Shown: positions 1-11,128 of the stretch, piece by piece
Position numbering within the stretch: position 1 is the stretch's first letter
Layout of the letters: every line of letters starts with the position of its first letter
NCBI GenBank assembly: GCA_903866825.1
Contig: CAIPPE010000303.1
Coordinates: forward strand, 1,663 to 65,662
DNA length: 64,000 nt
Reading direction: 5' to 3'
Source: an uncultured Methylococcaceae bacterium
GTDB taxonomy: Bacteria; Pseudomonadota; Gammaproteobacteria; Methylococcales; Methylomonadaceae
Notes under the pieces: model-generated
What the model was told of the DNA's origin: nothing
Databases searched by the model: none
The model's input: only the letters and a program-made list of their open reading frames with translations
Program-made: the position numbers and the translations under genes

Positions 1-132
1 AAGAAAGTGTTTGAAAACCTTGCCGAAGATGGGGGTGGTTACCTGGTTTATTTGGCTAATAGTCGAGTCAATTTGCAGTTGACAGAAGAGCGATGGCCGG
101 ATATCAAATTTAGTGCTACGCGAGAATTATAA
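1..132 (+). CDS. 3' end of an unidentified CDS (truncated by window edge)
   Basis: Frame open from position 1 (...[35 protein letters not shown]), TAA at 130-132, followed by a hairpin terminator. Product not recognised. Confidence 0.4.
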   Translation, partial: KKVFENLAEDGGGYLVYLANSRVNLQLTEERWPDIKFSATREL

Positions 133-148
133 GCTTTCTCTGTGAGAT

Positions 149-190
149 AAAAGCAAGTGATGGCATGAGCTTATCACTTGCTTTCTTTTG
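149..190. terminator. Rho-independent terminator between convergent genes
   Basis: Inverted repeat AAAGCAAGTGAT (149-161) / ATCACTTGCTTT (173-184) with an 11-nt loop. T-rich tract follows on both strands. Confidence 0.55.
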
Positions 191-205
191 AGTGTTTATT
201 GTCGG

Positions 206-514
206 TTATTGTTTAATATTTTTATAACTTTCTTCACTTTCTCGTTGTATTTTTTCGCCTTCATCAATCATGCGATTACCTTCATCGATTTTGCCTTTAC
301 CATCACGGATTAGAAGATTTCCTTGGTCTATCAATTGCTTTCCTTTTTTCCACCTGTCTCCTAAGTTAGCAATATTTTTACTTTCGCTTATCATTTTATC
401 TCCAGAAAGAATTGGAGAAGCCGGTGTAGGGGCGGGGTCAGAAGCGCAACCTGAGAGCAGTGATACTAAGATGATGCTTGTTGCATAATATCGGTTAACG
501 AAGTGATGTTGCAT
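206..514 (-). CDS. Small lipoprotein, function unknown
   Basis: N-terminal signal peptide with lipobox LLSGC. Internal repeated (I/L)xDGxxKIDEGNxMI pattern. Confidence 0.6.
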   Translation of the reverse strand: MQHHFVNRYYATSIILVSLLSGCASDPAPTPASPILSGDKMISESKNIANLGDRWKKGKQLIDQGNLLIRDGKGKIDEGNRMIDEGEKIQRESEESYKNIKQ

Positions 515-704
515 TTATAAGTGACTCCAAATGGTTATATTCCAAAATTAGTTTAATTCATTCTAAAGTGTTATAGAAGCCTGAATCAATATCTAAATTC
601 CATTTTGGTTAATATTGGTATATTCAGAGAATAACTGGCAATGCTATTTATGCCCATATAGATTAGATATATGAATGGCATAAAAGCATGGCCAGAATGG
701 CAAC

Positions 705-2099
705 CTATTCTTTCAACGCTTTTAATACTGCCTGCATGGTTGTATTGGCATCACCAAATAACATGCGTGTATTCTCTAACACAAATAATGGATTACCTAC
801 ACCCGCATACCCCGATGCCATACTACGTTTTAAGACGATAGTTGTTTCGCCTTTCCAGCATTCTATAACCGGCATTCCTGCAATTGGACTATTAGGGTCA
901 TTCAGTGCAGACGGATTAACGATGTCATTCGCACCGATGACAATGGATACATCTACATTTGGGAAATCATCATTGATTTCGTCCATTTCAAAAACAATGT
1001 CATACGGTACTTTAGCTTCGGCTAATAATACGTTCATGTGTCCTGGCATACGTCCAGCAACCGGATGGATACCAAAGCGTACTTTTTTACCTTTATCTCT
1101 TAATAATTTGGTGATTTCATTAACCGTATGTTGTGCTTGGGCAACGGCCATGCCGTAGCCAGGAATGATCATAATGTTTTTGGCTTCTTTAAGTAATTGG
1201 GCTGTTTCCTCTGCACTAACTGGTTGAACTTCGCCTTCAATCGCAGCTGATTCTCCACCTGAAGTTGTACCAAATCCACCTGCAATAACACTTAAAAAAT
1301 GTCTGTTCATCGCTCGGCACATGATATAACTCAAAATAGCACCGCTACTGCCCACTAAAGCGCCGGTTACAATCAATAGGTCGTTACTGAGCATAAACCC
1401 AGTTGCCGCCGCTGCCCATCCTGAATAACTATTCAGCATGGAAATAACCACCGGCATATCTGCACCCCCGATAGCCATAACCATGTGTATACCAAAGATT
1501 AAGGCAATACCGGTCATAATTGCTAATGGAATAATGGCATCCCCACCGGCTTCGGTTTGTTGTAAGAACACATAACCTAAGATGATAGCAGCGATCAGTA
1601 ACAGTAGATTTAGCCAGTGGCGACCGGGTAATAACAAAGGTTTACCACTAATCTTTTCGCTAAGTTTACCAAAAGCAATCACCGAGCCTGAAAAAGTAAC
1701 CGCTCCAATGAGAATGCCGATATAAATTTCTACTTCGTGGATGGTTTTTTCAACACCCGAGATAGAAATCGCATGATCCATAAAGTTGGCATAACCGACT
1801 AAAACCGCTGCCATACCGACCAGGCTGTGCATAATCGCAACCAGTTCTGGCATTTGAGTCATTTCAACTTTGGCGGCGGCTTTGGCACCAATAGCACCCC
1901 CTACGATTAAGGCGGCGACTAAAATACCAAAAGCCGTAACAGAACCACTAAAAGTGGTAGCAATAATGGCAATGGCCATGCCTAACATGCCGTAATAATT
2001 ACCTTTACGAGCCGTTTCCTGATTACTTAAGCCGCTGAGGCTTAGAATGAACAGGATGGCGGCAACGATGTATGACATCGTAACTAAACTGTGTGACAT
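705..2099 (-). CDS. pntB: NAD(P) transhydrogenase subunit beta
   Basis: 464 aa. Polytopic N-terminal membrane domain plus C-terminal NADP(H)-binding domain (…[11 protein letters not shown]…[18 protein letters not shown]…), a full-length PntB pattern. Sits directly downstream of pntA. Confidence 0.95.
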   Translation of the reverse strand: MSHSLVTMSYIVAAILFILSLSGLSNQETARKGNYYGMLGMAIAIIATTFSGSVTAFGILVAALIVGGAIGAKAAAKVEMTQMPELVAIMHSLVGMAAVLVGYANFMDHAISISGVEKTIHEVEIYIGILIGAVTFSGSVIAFGKLSEKISGKPLLLPGRHWLNLLLLIAAIILGYVFLQQTEAGGDAIIPLAIMTGIALIFGIHMVMAIGGADMPVVISMLNSYSGWAAAATGFMLSNDLLIVTGALVGSSGAILSYIMCRAMNRHFLSVIAGGFGTTSGGESAAIEGEVQPVSAEETAQLLKEAKNIMIIPGYGMAVAQAQHTVNEITKLLRDKGKKVRFGIHPVAGRMPGHMNVLLAEAKVPYDIVFEMDEINDDFPNVDVSIVIGANDIVNPSALNDPNSPIAGMPVIECWKGETTIVLKRSMASGYAGVGNPLFVLENTRMLFGDANTTMQAVLKALKE

Positions 2100-2111
2100 T
2101 GTGATCTCCTG

Positions 2112-3674
2112 TTATTTTCTAAACATTTCTAACATACGGCGGGTGACAAAAAAACCACCGACTATATTGATAGAGGCTAAAAGAATCGCTAAACCCGCCA
2201 GAATAGTGACTGTTGAATTAGCGGTGGAAATTTGCACAATGGCACCTATTACGATGATACTACTAATAGCATTAGTTACGCTCATTAACGGGGTATGTAG
2301 AGAGTGTGAAACATTCCAGATCACCTGATAACCGACGAAGCATGAGAGTACAAAGACGGTAAAATGCGTCATGAATGACTCAGGTGCAACGGCTCCTATT
2401 CCAAACAATATAAACCCTGCAGTAACAATAGGTAGTAGTTGCTTGACAAACACTGGAAGAAACGACTTTTTAATTGACTCTTTAGGCGTTTCCGTTACTG
2501 CTGCATTTTGTGGTGTCGGACTGGCAGAAAGTTTCGGTGCTGGTGGTGGCCAAGTGATTTTGCCTTCTTTGATCACCGTGGTGCCACGAATGACCTCATC
2601 TTCCATATTAACATTGATTTCACCGTTCTTTTCAGGACAAAGCTCCGTTAACAAGTGTCGCAGGTTAGTGGCGTAAAGCTGGCTAGATTGGTTTGCTAAA
2701 CGACTAGGCAAGTCGGTGTATCCAATCAAAGTCACATCATGTCTGACGACGACTTGATTCTTTTCAGTTAATTCGCAGTTACCCCCTTGTTCTGCAGCTA
2801 AATCAACAATAACGCTACCGGGTTTCATTGACTCTACCATGGCAGCAGTGATTAATTTAGGCGCTGGTTTACCTGGAATTAACGCAGTGGTTACTATAAT
2901 GTCGACTTCTTTGGCTTGCTCGGCAAATAATGCCATTTCTGCATCTATAAATTCCTTGGACATGGTTTTTGCATAACCACCGGTGCCGCCGCCTTCTTCC
3001 TTGAAATCGAGCATGAGAAACTCGGCATCCATACTTTCAATCTGTTCTTTTACTTCAGGTCGAGTATCAAACGATCTGACGATAGCGCCCATGCCTTTTG
3101 CGGTACCAATAGCTGCTAAACCAGCAACACCTGCTCCTATGACGAGTACTTTAGCCGGTGGGATTTTTCCGGCAGCAGTGATTTGGCCGGTAAAGAAACG
3201 GCCAAAAAATTGCGCAGCTTCAACAATCGCCCGGTAACCGGCAATATTTGCCATAGAACTTAACGCATCCAGCTTTTGTGCACGGGACATACGCGGAACA
3301 CTATCCATGGCTAACACAGTGACTTGGTTATTGGCCAGCTTTTGCATGAGCGCTTCATTTTGTGCGGGCCAGATAAAACTGATTAAACATGCGCCAGGTG
3401 ATAATAAATCAGCTTCGTCTTTATTGAGTGTTTGATTATGTTCGGGTGCACGCACTTTCAAAATAATATCGGATTGCTGCCAAAGTACTTGGGTGTCGTT
3501 TACAATTTCGACACCGGCGGCTTGGTAAGCTTCGTCTGAAATGTTTGCATCAAGTCCTGCTCCCGTTTCGATACTGATCGAGAAACCCAGCTTTATTATT
3601 TGTGCAGCAGCCTCTGGTGTCGTAGCTACGCGTTTTTCGCCAGGGTGAATTTCTTTAGGTATACCAATCTTCAT
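2112..3674 (-). CDS. pntA: NAD(P) transhydrogenase subunit alpha (unsplit form)
   Basis: 520 aa. Alanine-dehydrogenase-like dI domain ([22 protein letters not shown] Rossmann motif) plus C-terminal membrane helices. Confidence 0.95.
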   Translation of the reverse strand: MKIGIPKEIHPGEKRVATTPEAAAQIIKLGFSISIETGAGLDANISDEAYQAAGVEIVNDTQVLWQQSDIILKVRAPEHNQTLNKDEADLLSPGACLISFIWPAQNEALMQKLANNQVTVLAMDSVPRMSRAQKLDALSSMANIAGYRAIVEAAQFFGRFFTGQITAAGKIPPAKVLVIGAGVAGLAAIGTAKGMGAIVRSFDTRPEVKEQIESMDAEFLMLDFKEEGGGTGGYAKTMSKEFIDAEMALFAEQAKEVDIIVTTALIPGKPAPKLITAAMVESMKPGSVIVDLAAEQGGNCELTEKNQVVVRHDVTLIGYTDLPSRLANQSSQLYATNLRHLLTELCPEKNGEINVNMEDEVIRGTTVIKEGKITWPPPAPKLSASPTPQNAAVTETPKESIKKSFLPVFVKQLLPIVTAGFILFGIGAVAPESFMTHFTVFVLSCFVGYQVIWNVSHSLHTPLMSVTNAISSIIVIGAIVQISTANSTVTILAGLAILLASINIVGGFFVTRRMLEMFRK

Positions 3675-3992
3675 ACAGTCTCCTGTTGTTGTGATTTAGG
3701 GCATAATAACGCTCACTTAAGTTTTAGTTTAAATTAAAACTTAAGTCTATGAGCATAGGTGATTAGGCTTTTAGTTTCAATAAAAATATAGATTTGAAGT
3801 TAATAGAGGGCTGTATGATTAATTTGTTGGTGAGAGAATTTACAGGGCAAGCCTAGGCTAGTTCTATTAATAAGGGAACTTATGGATATAAAGGTAACAC
3901 TCAATCGGTCATTAATTTTAGGAGTAAAAGTTTTCGTATGAAAATGTTAATCGGCAACAAAGTTCATTGTGCCGTAATAATAGAGAAATAAA

Positions 3993-4925
3993 ATGATATT
4001 TTTACCTAAGGATTTTATTGAGACTGATGAAGGATTTATATTCGCAGTTGTCGCGCATGGTATTGAGCAGGGTAAGGTACTCTGTTTTTTACGATATATT
4101 AAGTTAGATGAGTCATGGATTAAGGTTGATACCGACCAAGCGAATGAATTGCTGAAAGAGCAATGCCCAAGCTACTTATACTATTCCGCTTTGCTGGATG
4201 CTAAGTTACACGCAGTAGCAATTGATAAAATTATTAAACATTATCAACCCAGAGAACGTCTGCAGTATATTTTGAATAAAAGACAATACGATGAAATTGA
4301 ACTTGATCTCATTCAATTGTGTGACTTATTGCAGGAAATCGGAATGGATTTATCCCACATCGGTATTACTGGATCACTCTTGGTCGGTGTGCAAAAGCAA
4401 AGCTCCGATATTGATCTAATTTGTTACGGGCGAGATGTTTTTCATCAATGTAGAGCAAGTGTTGCTAAGTTAATTAGGCAAAATAAATTACAAGATTTGA
4501 CGGAAGAGGAATGGATCTCTTCCTATAACAGAAGATCTTGTCATTTAAGTTTTTCTGAGTACGTCTGGCATGAAAGAAGAAAAGGTAATAAGGCACTTAT
4601 CAATGGACGTAAGGTTGATTTGAATTTTATTGATGATACGTCAAATACTGACACAATGAGTTATCAAAAGTGCGGAATGATAACGCTGCAATGCCTTGTT
4701 ATGGATGACACTTACGCCTTTGATTATCCTGCTGTCTTTAAAGTGTGTCATGGAGAGTATGATTCTATAGTCTGTTTTACTGCGACGTATACAGGTCAAG
4801 CGATTGCGGGTGAAATGATTGAAGTCTCAGGAAAAATAGAGCAAACACTGGAAGGTTTAAAGCGTATCGTGGTTGGCTCCAGCCGTGAAGCGATAGGTGA
4901 ATATATTAAGGTTATCCATGCGTAA
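3993..4925 (+). CDS. Nucleotidyltransferase-domain protein associated with the H4MPT cluster
   Basis: GITGSLLVG…SDIDLICYG matches the minimal Pol-beta-type nucleotidyltransferase G-S…D-x-D motif. Stop overlaps the start of the next gene (ATGCGTAA). Confidence 0.5.
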   Translation: MIFLPKDFIETDEGFIFAVVAHGIEQGKVLCFLRYIKLDESWIKVDTDQANELLKEQCPSYLYYSALLDAKLHAVAIDKIIKHYQPRERLQYILNKRQYDEIELDLIQLCDLLQEIGMDLSHIGITGSLLVGVQKQSSDIDLICYGRDVFHQCRASVAKLIRQNKLQDLTEEEWISSYNRRSCHLSFSEYVWHERRKGNKALINGRKVDLNFIDDTSNTDTMSYQKCGMITLQCLVMDDTYAFDYPAVFKVCHGEYDSIVCFTATYTGQAIAGEMIEVSGKIEQTLEGLKRIVVGSSREAIGEYIKVIHA

Positions 4926-5604
4926 ACTCACAGATTTTGCTGCAGTCATATTTGATATGGACGGATTAGTTTTGGACACGGAAAAGACTTATTTTAAAGC
5001 TTGGCAGACTGCTGCAAAATCAATGGGGTTTGATTTTACAGAGGTATTTTTAAATTCCTTGTCAGGATTACAGTATAAAGATATAGAAAGAAAAGTCTTG
5101 GCCAGTTTTGGAGAAGATTTCGATTTAAAATCCTTTAATGAACTCAGTGGTTTTTTTTGGCGAGAACAGATTTTTATTGATGGCATAGAGGTTAAGCGCG
5201 GTTTTGAGCAGTTTTTGAACTATATCAATGACTGCAAGATTCCCTACTGTTTAGCAACGAATAGTAGAGCGAACAATGTTCAAGAGTGTCTTGAGTTGGC
5301 TGGTATTAAAGAGGTGTTTGCGACAATTATTACTCGTGATGATGTGATTCAAGGTAAGCCTGAGCCTGATATTTTTTTAAAGGCAGCTGAACGATTAAAT
5401 GTGTCTGTTAGAGATTGTTTAGTCCTTGAAGACTCTTTTTCAGGTATTCAGGCGGCAGCAAAAGCAGGAGCATTTTCAGTTTTTGTGCCTTCAACAGAGC
5501 CAGTCGATTTAATGGCCATTGAGTTGTGTGATTTTATGGTAGCAGATTTGTCACAAGCTCTTTTTGCTTTTAAGTCCGTATGTAGGGATGTTAATACTGT
5601 ATAA
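4918..5604 (+). CDS. HAD-superfamily hydrolase (beta-phosphoglucomutase-like subfamily)
   Basis: Motif I DMDGLVLDTE and the distal EDSxxG motif. ATG at 4918 preferred over the ORF-track start at 4897 because it overlaps the upstream stop. Confidence 0.8.
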   Translation: MRKLTDFAAVIFDMDGLVLDTEKTYFKAWQTAAKSMGFDFTEVFLNSLSGLQYKDIERKVLASFGEDFDLKSFNELSGFFWREQIFIDGIEVKRGFEQFLNYINDCKIPYCLATNSRANNVQECLELAGIKEVFATIITRDDVIQGKPEPDIFLKAAERLNVSVRDCLVLEDSFSGIQAAAKAGAFSVFVPSTEPVDLMAIELCDFMVADLSQALFAFKSVCRDVNTV

Positions 5605-5640
5605 TTCGAGCATTTTTCAATCAAACATTACACCACTAGC

Positions 5641-6603
5641 TTGATAAGCCACTATTCTAAAGTTTCAGTTATTGCTCCAGCTCGGTTGCATATGGGTTTT
5701 ATAGATCTAAGCGGATCGTTAGATCGTCATTTTGGCAGTGTTGGCGTCGCACTCAATGAGCACTCAACAAAACTATCCCTGTCCCATTCAACTAGTCGCT
5801 TAGTAACAGGGCCATCTGCAAAGCGAGCCGATAAATGTTTGACTTTGATGTGCCAAGCCTTAAATGTCCCGGATAATTTGGCTGTAATTATAGAATCAGC
5901 TATTCCTGAGCATGTTGGTCTGGGTTCTGGGACGCAAATGTCATTGGCAATCGGTGCGGCACTTAATGCTTTTTATAATTTAGGGTTAAGCGTGCGGGAC
6001 ATTGCTACTCTAATGGATAGAGGCTTACGTTCAGGTATTGGTATCGGCGTTTTTGAGCAGGGTGGATTGGTAGTTGACGGTGGGCGTGGGGAAAAAACTA
6101 TTACACCGCCGGTATTGGTACATTTGGATATTCCTGACACATGGCGTTTTATTTTGGTACTTGATCAGCGTGGACAAGGTTTACACGGTCAGCAGGAAAT
6201 CGAGGCCTTCAAAATGTTACCTATTTTTCCAAAGCGTGAGGCAGAGCGCTTATGTTATCTATTATTGATGCAAGGATTACCGGCTGTGGCTGAAAATGAT
6301 CTTGGTAAGTTTGGTGATGTAATCACGCAACTTCAAAGTTCAGTGGGTGAGCATTTTGCCCCCGTTCAAGGCGGGATATTTACAAGTGCAGAAGTTGCAG
6401 TTGCGATGCAATGGTTGGCTGAGCAAGGTGCTGTTGCGATTGGTCAAACTTCATGGGGCCCCACAGGGTTCTGCGCTGTAGATAGCATCGAGCTAGCAGA
6501 ATCTCTTGTTCAAGAAGCGATCCAGAGATTTGCTCATTTTGACAATCTGAGTTTTGTGGCTACAAGCGCTAGAAACAGCGGTGGTGATGTGTTTGTTGTT
6601 TAG
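5641..6603 (+). CDS. mptG: Beta-ribofuranosylaminobenzene 5'-phosphate synthase (GHMP-kinase fold), H4MPT biosynthesis
   Basis: N-terminus VSVIAPARLHMGFIDLSG and the GHMP motif HVGLGSGTQMSLAIGAAL. Located in the H4MPT gene cluster. TTG start. Confidence 0.8.
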   Translation: MISHYSKVSVIAPARLHMGFIDLSGSLDRHFGSVGVALNEHSTKLSLSHSTSRLVTGPSAKRADKCLTLMCQALNVPDNLAVIIESAIPEHVGLGSGTQMSLAIGAALNAFYNLGLSVRDIATLMDRGLRSGIGIGVFEQGGLVVDGGRGEKTITPPVLVHLDIPDTWRFILVLDQRGQGLHGQQEIEAFKMLPIFPKREAERLCYLLLMQGLPAVAENDLGKFGDVITQLQSSVGEHFAPVQGGIFTSAEVAVAMQWLAEQGAVAIGQTSWGPTGFCAVDSIELAESLVQEAIQRFAHFDNLSFVATSARNSGGDVFVV

Positions 6604-6619
6604 AAATTATTGATGAACT

Positions 6620-7987
6620 ATGCCGCTCAACGGTGAGAAAACAATGAATAATCATAAAGATATTCAAGAGCCACTCTCTAATGTTATGGAGTTATTGGCT
6701 CGACATAAGTTAGTTGAAGATTTACTTCATCGGCAAGACATGCCACGACATGACTTGGTTGAAACATTAGTTCATAAGCAAAATAAAGTTGAGTTGCAAC
6801 GGTTACTTGATCAATTTGATCATCCTTTAGTAGCACGCATTCTGGAAGTTTTGCCTTCTGGTGATCGTAAAATTGTTTGGCAGTTAGTTCGGGAAGACAG
6901 GAAAGAAGAAATCCGTAAGGAGGTTTCTGAGGACATCCGTTATGATCTTGTGCTTGATTTTAGACATAAAAATAGAGCAATGATGATTCGAGTATTTGAT
7001 CTTCATGAAGGGCGTTTACGTCAGATTCCTATAGAATTTAAAGAAGATCTGGTTAACGTTAAACCTATTTGGGTTGATTTGGTTATGCCAGATGATGAGC
7101 AACTTGCCTGGGCAAAGGATATGTTTGGGGTAGATTTGCCTAACCCAAAAGAGTTGACTGATTTAGAAACGAGTGCGCGGTTTTATGTAGAAGATAACGG
7201 AGAAGTGCATCTACATTCTGATTTTCTTCTTGACCGAAAAGACGAATCTCGAAACGTGGCTGTTGCATTCATTCTTAATAAAGATACCCTGTTTTCTGTG
7301 CGAAATAAAGAGTTACCCGTATTCCGTTTGCAACGATTAAGAGCGAGAGCCGAGTTTGGTTATGTGACTGAAGCTAAAGATGTGTTGTTAGATCTTTATG
7401 CAGCTGAAGTTGAATATTCTGCTAATGCCTTAGAAGACGTCTATTCGGAATTGGAAGAAGTTGGGCGGCAAGTCTTCAGTTCCCACATGACAGATGATGA
7501 AGCTGCCAATATACTGGCTGCAATAGCAGAAGAAGAAGATCTTAATGGACGCATTCGTAGAAATGTTTTGGATACCCGACGTGCGCTATCTTTTTTAATG
7601 AGAGGCAAATTTCTTTCAGAGATTCAGCATAATGATGTCAGAGAAATCTTACGAGACATTGATTCTTTAGATGGGCATACAGCTTTTTTATTCAACAAGA
7701 TTAACTTCCAAATGGATGCTACGGTTGGTTTTATTAATGTAAATCAGAATAAAGACATTAAGAGATTGACAGTGATAAGCGTTGTTTTTATGCCTTTGAA
7801 CGTGTTGGCGGGGATTGGGGGTATGTCTGAGTTTACAATGATGACAGAAGGAATACCGTGGCCGCTTGCTTATGGTGGTTTTTCGGTGGCTTTGGTAACA
7901 ATCGGCTGGATTACCTATGCGGGTTTGAAGTTTTTTGAGAACCGTAAGATAAAAAATAATTCGGAGTCCAATAGAAAGGTGGCATGA
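6620..7987 (+). CDS. CorA-family divalent-cation channel homologue with a variant signature
   Basis: Large soluble N-domain plus two C-terminal TM helices. The loop motif reads G-M-S (GIGGMSEF, 7820-7828) instead of the canonical GMN. Confidence 0.75.
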   Translation: MPLNGEKTMNNHKDIQEPLSNVMELLARHKLVEDLLHRQDMPRHDLVETLVHKQNKVELQRLLDQFDHPLVARILEVLPSGDRKIVWQLVREDRKEEIRKEVSEDIRYDLVLDFRHKNRAMMIRVFDLHEGRLRQIPIEFKEDLVNVKPIWVDLVMPDDEQLAWAKDMFGVDLPNPKELTDLETSARFYVEDNGEVHLHSDFLLDRKDESRNVAVAFILNKDTLFSVRNKELPVFRLQRLRARAEFGYVTEAKDVLLDLYAAEVEYSANALEDVYSELEEVGRQVFSSHMTDDEAANILAAIAEEEDLNGRIRRNVLDTRRALSFLMRGKFLSEIQHNDVREILRDIDSLDGHTAFLFNKINFQMDATVGFINVNQNKDIKRLTVISVVFMPLNVLAGIGGMSEFTMMTEGIPWPLAYGGFSVALVTIGWITYAGLKFFENRKIKNNSESNRKVA

Positions 7988-8025
7988 TTGCTTCGATATT
8001 GTCGCTGATTTCATAGTTTCAGTTT

Positions 8026-9120
8026 GTGAATACGGTAGTCATTCCTGAGTACATTCTGATTATTGCCAGTTCGGCACGGATGTTAGCACAGGCGGCAAAA
8101 AGAGCTAATCTTAGGTCTTTAGTTATTGATCTGTTTGCTGATCTAGATACGATTTCTTCTGCTGAAGATTATTTTAAAGTCTCTTCGTTGGCTGTGGAGT
8201 GCTTGGCACCAGTTGTTGATGAGTTTATAAATAGGTATGCCATCAAATACATGGTGTATGGTAGCGGTTTTGAATACTATCCGGATAGTTTAAGCTATTT
8301 AAGTCGCCACTTAACTATTTTAGGCAATACACCAGATACTTTTGTAAGGATTCAGGATAAACGGGTATTTTTTGCTGCGCTGGATCAGTTGTCTATTTCT
8401 TACCCTGCTATTTGCTTTTCTGAGCCAGTGCCTGATGATTGTTGGTTAGTTAAGCCTCTATCAGGTCAAGGAGGCGTAGGTATAACATACTATGCTACAA
8501 ACTCATGTTCTCAAACTGCAGTTTATTGGCAAAAATACCAACAGGGAATCTCGTCTTCCGTTTTGTTTTTGGCTAATGGATATCAAACCCAGGTTATTGG
8601 TTTTAATACACAATGGACAACCGCTTTAAGTGAGACTCAGGGATTTATTTTTTCGGGTATCATGAATTACGTTGAAATATCGGATACACAAAAAAATTTG
8701 ATAATCTCCTGGCTGCAGAAGCTGGTGCTTTTTTGGGGATTAAAAGGACTTAATTCCCTAGATTTTATATTGGCGGGTGAAAGTCTTTATGTGCTTGAAA
8801 TTAATCCAAGACCCTCAGCCAGTATGCAGTTGTACGATGCCGATTTACTTCTGGGTCATATCAAAGCAAGTCAGGGTGAATGGGTTGATCTTAGCGTAAA
8901 TCAAGAAGGATTTACAGGTTATCAAGTGGTTTATGCGCCGCAGGATGTCACTATACCCGATGATTTTAAGTGGCCCGATGGCTGCATGGATTTACCTGGA
9001 TGTGGTGTTACTTGTCGCACTGGGCAGCCTGTTTGCAGTATCATTACGCGCCAAAAACACGCTCCATCCTTGATGGATGAGCTATTGATTAAACAATTTA
9101 ACTTACTAAAAGGTTTTTAA
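8026..9120 (+). CDS. ATP-grasp enzyme, H4MPT/methanofuran-cluster type
   Basis: ATP-grasp C-terminal signature [13 protein letters not shown]. Lies directly upstream of mch. GTG start. Confidence 0.65.
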   Translation: MNTVVIPEYILIIASSARMLAQAAKRANLRSLVIDLFADLDTISSAEDYFKVSSLAVECLAPVVDEFINRYAIKYMVYGSGFEYYPDSLSYLSRHLTILGNTPDTFVRIQDKRVFFAALDQLSISYPAICFSEPVPDDCWLVKPLSGQGGVGITYYATNSCSQTAVYWQKYQQGISSSVLFLANGYQTQVIGFNTQWTTALSETQGFIFSGIMNYVEISDTQKNLIISWLQKLVLFWGLKGLNSLDFILAGESLYVLEINPRPSASMQLYDADLLLGHIKASQGEWVDLSVNQEGFTGYQVVYAPQDVTIPDDFKWPDGCMDLPGCGVTCRTGQPVCSIITRQKHAPSLMDELLIKQFNLLKGF

Positions 9121-9125
9121 CCACT

Positions 9126-10109
9126 ATGGAATATAAAGCTAGCGTTAATAAATTGACTCAGCCTCTGGTCAAGTATTTGATTGATAATGCGGATAAACTA
9201 CGTCTCAAAGTAGATGTTTTGGAAAATGGTTGCACCATTATCGATGCTGGTATTAAAGCGCTAGGCGGAATTGAGGCGGGTCGCATTATTGCCGAGATTT
9301 GTTTGGGCGGTTTGGGTACAGTTTCTATTAGCCATAGCCCTTATACTAATCATTGGCCGCTATCAGTGAATGTACATACAGGGAATCCCGTATTAGGTTG
9401 TTTAGGCAGTCAATATGCGGGTTGGAGTTTGTCTCATGAAAAATACTACGCCTTAGGATCTGGCCCGGCAAGAGCCTTGGCTACTAAAGTAAGAGACGGT
9501 AAAGAAGAGCCTGTTGAAGAATTATATAAAGAATTAGCGTATTTAGACTCATCGGATAGCGCCGCTTTGGTGGTTGAAAATGATGCCGTACCCCCCATTG
9601 AGATTATTGAAAAAGTAGCGGCGGCATGTAAGCTTGATCCTTCAAAATTAACAATTATTGTGACACCTACCAGCAGTTTAGCGGGTGGGGTGCAAGTGGT
9701 TGCTAGAGTATTAGAAGTGGCGTTGCATAAAGCCCATGCCTTACATTTTCCTTTAGAAAATATTATTGATGGCAGTGGTAGTGCGCCTATATGCCCCCCG
9801 CACCCTAATTTTGTTAAAGCGATGGGCCGTACCAATGATGCGATCTTATTTGCCGGTCAAGTGCATTTGTTTGTAAAGGGTAGTGATGAAGATGCTGAAA
9901 AATTAGCAAAAGACTTACCCAGTTCAACCTCAAAAGATTACGGTAGACCATTTGCAGAAATCTTTAAGCAATATAACTATGACTTCTTTAAAATTGACGC
10001 CATGTTATTTAGCCCTGCCAGTGTGATTGTCACAGCGGTTGACTCCGGTAAAAGCTTTAGAGCTGGTCAATTAGATAATGCCTTATTAGATCAGTCTTTT
10101 GGTTTATAA
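9126..10109 (+). CDS. mch: Methenyltetrahydromethanopterin cyclohydrolase
   Basis: 327 aa. The block [30 protein letters not shown] is characteristic of Mch. Confidence 0.9.
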   Translation: MEYKASVNKLTQPLVKYLIDNADKLRLKVDVLENGCTIIDAGIKALGGIEAGRIIAEICLGGLGTVSISHSPYTNHWPLSVNVHTGNPVLGCLGSQYAGWSLSHEKYYALGSGPARALATKVRDGKEEPVEELYKELAYLDSSDSAALVVENDAVPPIEIIEKVAAACKLDPSKLTIIVTPTSSLAGGVQVVARVLEVALHKAHALHFPLENIIDGSGSAPICPPHPNFVKAMGRTNDAILFAGQVHLFVKGSDEDAEKLAKDLPSSTSKDYGRPFAEIFKQYNYDFFKIDAMLFSPASVIVTAVDSGKSFRAGQLDNALLDQSFGL

Positions 10110-10127
10110 CCCGTTAGCGCAGGGAGC

Positions 10128-11033
10128 ATGGTTAGCGTGAAAGGGCGTATCGCTATATTTACGGATGATCCGGGTTGGCATGGTAAGCAATTGAAACTTG
10201 CCTTTGCTGAGTTAGGTTATAGCAGTGACTATGTTTCGTTAACAGACTGTCGTTTTGAAATACAACCCGGACGTGTGCCGTTGGTGATTCCCGGTTTTGA
10301 AGATACGTTGCCTGATGGTGTGTTTGTTCGGGGCGTGCCGGGTGGTTCTTTAGAAGAAGTGGTGTTGTATCTGGATTTTTTACACGCCTTAAAGCGGATG
10401 AATATTCCCGTTTACAATAACGGTCATTCGGTAGAGCGCAGTGTTGATAAAGGCATGACCAGTTTCTTATTGCAGAATGCGGGATTACCAACTCCCTTAA
10501 CGTGGGTATTAAGAGATCGGGATATGGCTCTGAGTATAATTGAAAATGAGCTTAAATTAGGTCATTTCGTTATTAGCAAACCTTTGTTTGGTTCTCAAGG
10601 CGCAGGGATTCGGCGTCTTGAGAAAAAGACGGATTTAATGTGGTTGACCAGTAGTCAGGGCGTTTATTATTTTCAGCGCTTTGTGCATTGTGCGGGTGAG
10701 GGTTTTTCTGATATTCGGGTGTTTGTGGTCAATGATCGGGCCGTAGCGGCGATGCGTAGATGTGGTAAGTCCTGGCTGAATAATGTGGCTAGAGGGGCGA
10801 GTTGTGAGCGGATTGAGCTAGATTCCGACATGGTGACTTTAGCGATTAAAGCGACTGCCACCTTAGAAATGGATTATGCGGGTGTGGATATTATTAAAGA
10901 CCAGGATGGACACTATACGGTGATAGAAGTTAATAGTATTCCAGCTTGGAAAGGTTTAGAAAGTGTTTGCGATTTTAGCGTGGCCAAGGTCTTGGCAGAG
11001 GATCTTATTAAGCGGTATATGTATCTACTTTAA
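10128..11033 (+). CDS. RimK-type ATP-grasp alpha-L-glutamate ligase (H4MPT:glutamate ligase-like)
   Basis: RimK-family pattern (…KPLFGSQGAGI…YFQRFV…DYAGVDII…VIEVNSIPAWKG). Confidence 0.75.
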   Translation: MVSVKGRIAIFTDDPGWHGKQLKLAFAELGYSSDYVSLTDCRFEIQPGRVPLVIPGFEDTLPDGVFVRGVPGGSLEEVVLYLDFLHALKRMNIPVYNNGHSVERSVDKGMTSFLLQNAGLPTPLTWVLRDRDMALSIIENELKLGHFVISKPLFGSQGAGIRRLEKKTDLMWLTSSQGVYYFQRFVHCAGEGFSDIRVFVVNDRAVAAMRRCGKSWLNNVARGASCERIELDSDMVTLAIKATATLEMDYAGVDIIKDQDGHYTVIEVNSIPAWKGLESVCDFSVAKVLAEDLIKRYMYLL

Positions 11034-11128
11034 AAAACAGGGTAAATTGAACACCACTAATAATTATGTTGATAGCTAATGATAAGCATGTTAGCTCTCG
11101 GGCAGCCTCCTAGGGAAAAGAGCGGCTC

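Noticed and set aside
688-1158. 156-aa plus-strand ORF (also 270-488, 2047-2328, 2371-2676 and 2983-3237)
   Set aside because: These lie entirely antisense to well-supported genes (lipoprotein, pntB, pntA). Their translations have no protein-like pattern, so they are shadow ORFs.
7688-8014. 108-aa minus-strand ORF at the corA-like 3' end
   Set aside because: It is antisense to the conserved TM/GMS region of the CorA-like gene, with a basic low-complexity translation.
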